This document shows, in pieces, positions 63,762-64,000 of a DNA stretch of 64,000 nt. The stretch spans positions 1 to 64,000 of IMG/VR virus record IMGVR_UViG_3300028840_001395. One strand, written 5' to 3'. The notes beneath the pieces are model-generated. The model saw only the letters and a list, made by a program, of their open reading frames with translations. It did not search any database and had not been told where the DNA came from. Both the position numbers and the translations under genes were made by a program. How positions within the stretch are numbered: the first letter of the stretch is position 1; every line of letters starts with the position of its first letter.

Positions 63762-64000
63762 ATGCCCCAGTCCAGAGATCCCAGTCTCCCCCCTGTTCTG
63801 ACCATCTTCATCGAGCCGTTGCTCAAGGTGCTCGGTCGAAAGGTCAACTTCAAACCCGGCGTGTTCGTCAATCGCAAAGAGGTCATCCACGACGCCATCC
63901 GTGAAGCCGGTTTCGACCCCGACAATCTGGCCCAGTACGGCGACCCCGACAAGGGCTGGAAGTTCAGTGGGCAGAAGCCGATGGGGTTCCAGCGCCGTGT
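63762..64000 (+). CDS. Hypothetical protein (possible winged helix), truncated at window edge
   Basis: AGGAGG RBS; MPQSRDPSLPPVLTIFIEPLLKVLG... open to the end. Confidence 0.75.
   Translation, partial: MPQSRDPSLPPVLTIFIEPLLKVLGRKVNFKPGVFVNRKEVIHDAIREAGFDPDNLAQYGDPDKGWKFSGQKPMGFQRR

Noticed and set aside
1-64000. tRNA/rRNA genes, recoded stop codons, or a bacterial chromosomal origin of the window
   Set aside because: No cloverleaf or rRNA seen by eye; genes are intact under the standard code; terminase-portal-capsid plus divergent replication genes indicate a phage

Overview
This 64 kb high-GC window looks like part of a large tailed-phage (Caudoviricetes) genome, with almost all genes on the minus strand. 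1-31.4 kb is a head and packaging module: major capsid protein, decoration-like protein, acidic EF-hand scaffold-like protein, prohead protease, portal, large terminase and several probable internal or fibre proteins. It includes a ~2,475-aa multi-enzyme polyprotein (2H phosphoesterase, CCA-type nucleotidyltransferase, ART-like domain, zincin, topoisomerase IB, GNAT). 31.4-32.7 kb encodes a sigma-like HTH protein and a NusG paralogue. 32.6-60 kb is a replication/recombination module: DnaX, HolA, HolB, DnaN, primase, split SbcC, SbcD, RecA, RuvC-like resolvase, SSB, RecD2 and a class II RNR with an intein. It is interrupted at 40-45.9 kb by an accessory island (RlaP-like NTase, Tpt1/KptA, PNK-phosphatase, DNA MTase, HNH, CoaD). 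60.7-61.4 kb is a structured non-coding region, followed by an internally duplicated HTH protein and a divergent plus-strand gene. The strongest candidate for a new system is a shared RVAxR[YWF]...KxA peptide signal found in many late proteins and at the polyprotein's domain boundaries. It suggests capsid packaging and protease release of an injected tRNA-repair/anti-defence/topology cocktail. Three promoter classes are also visible. All calls come from motif recognition by eye; no database search was run.
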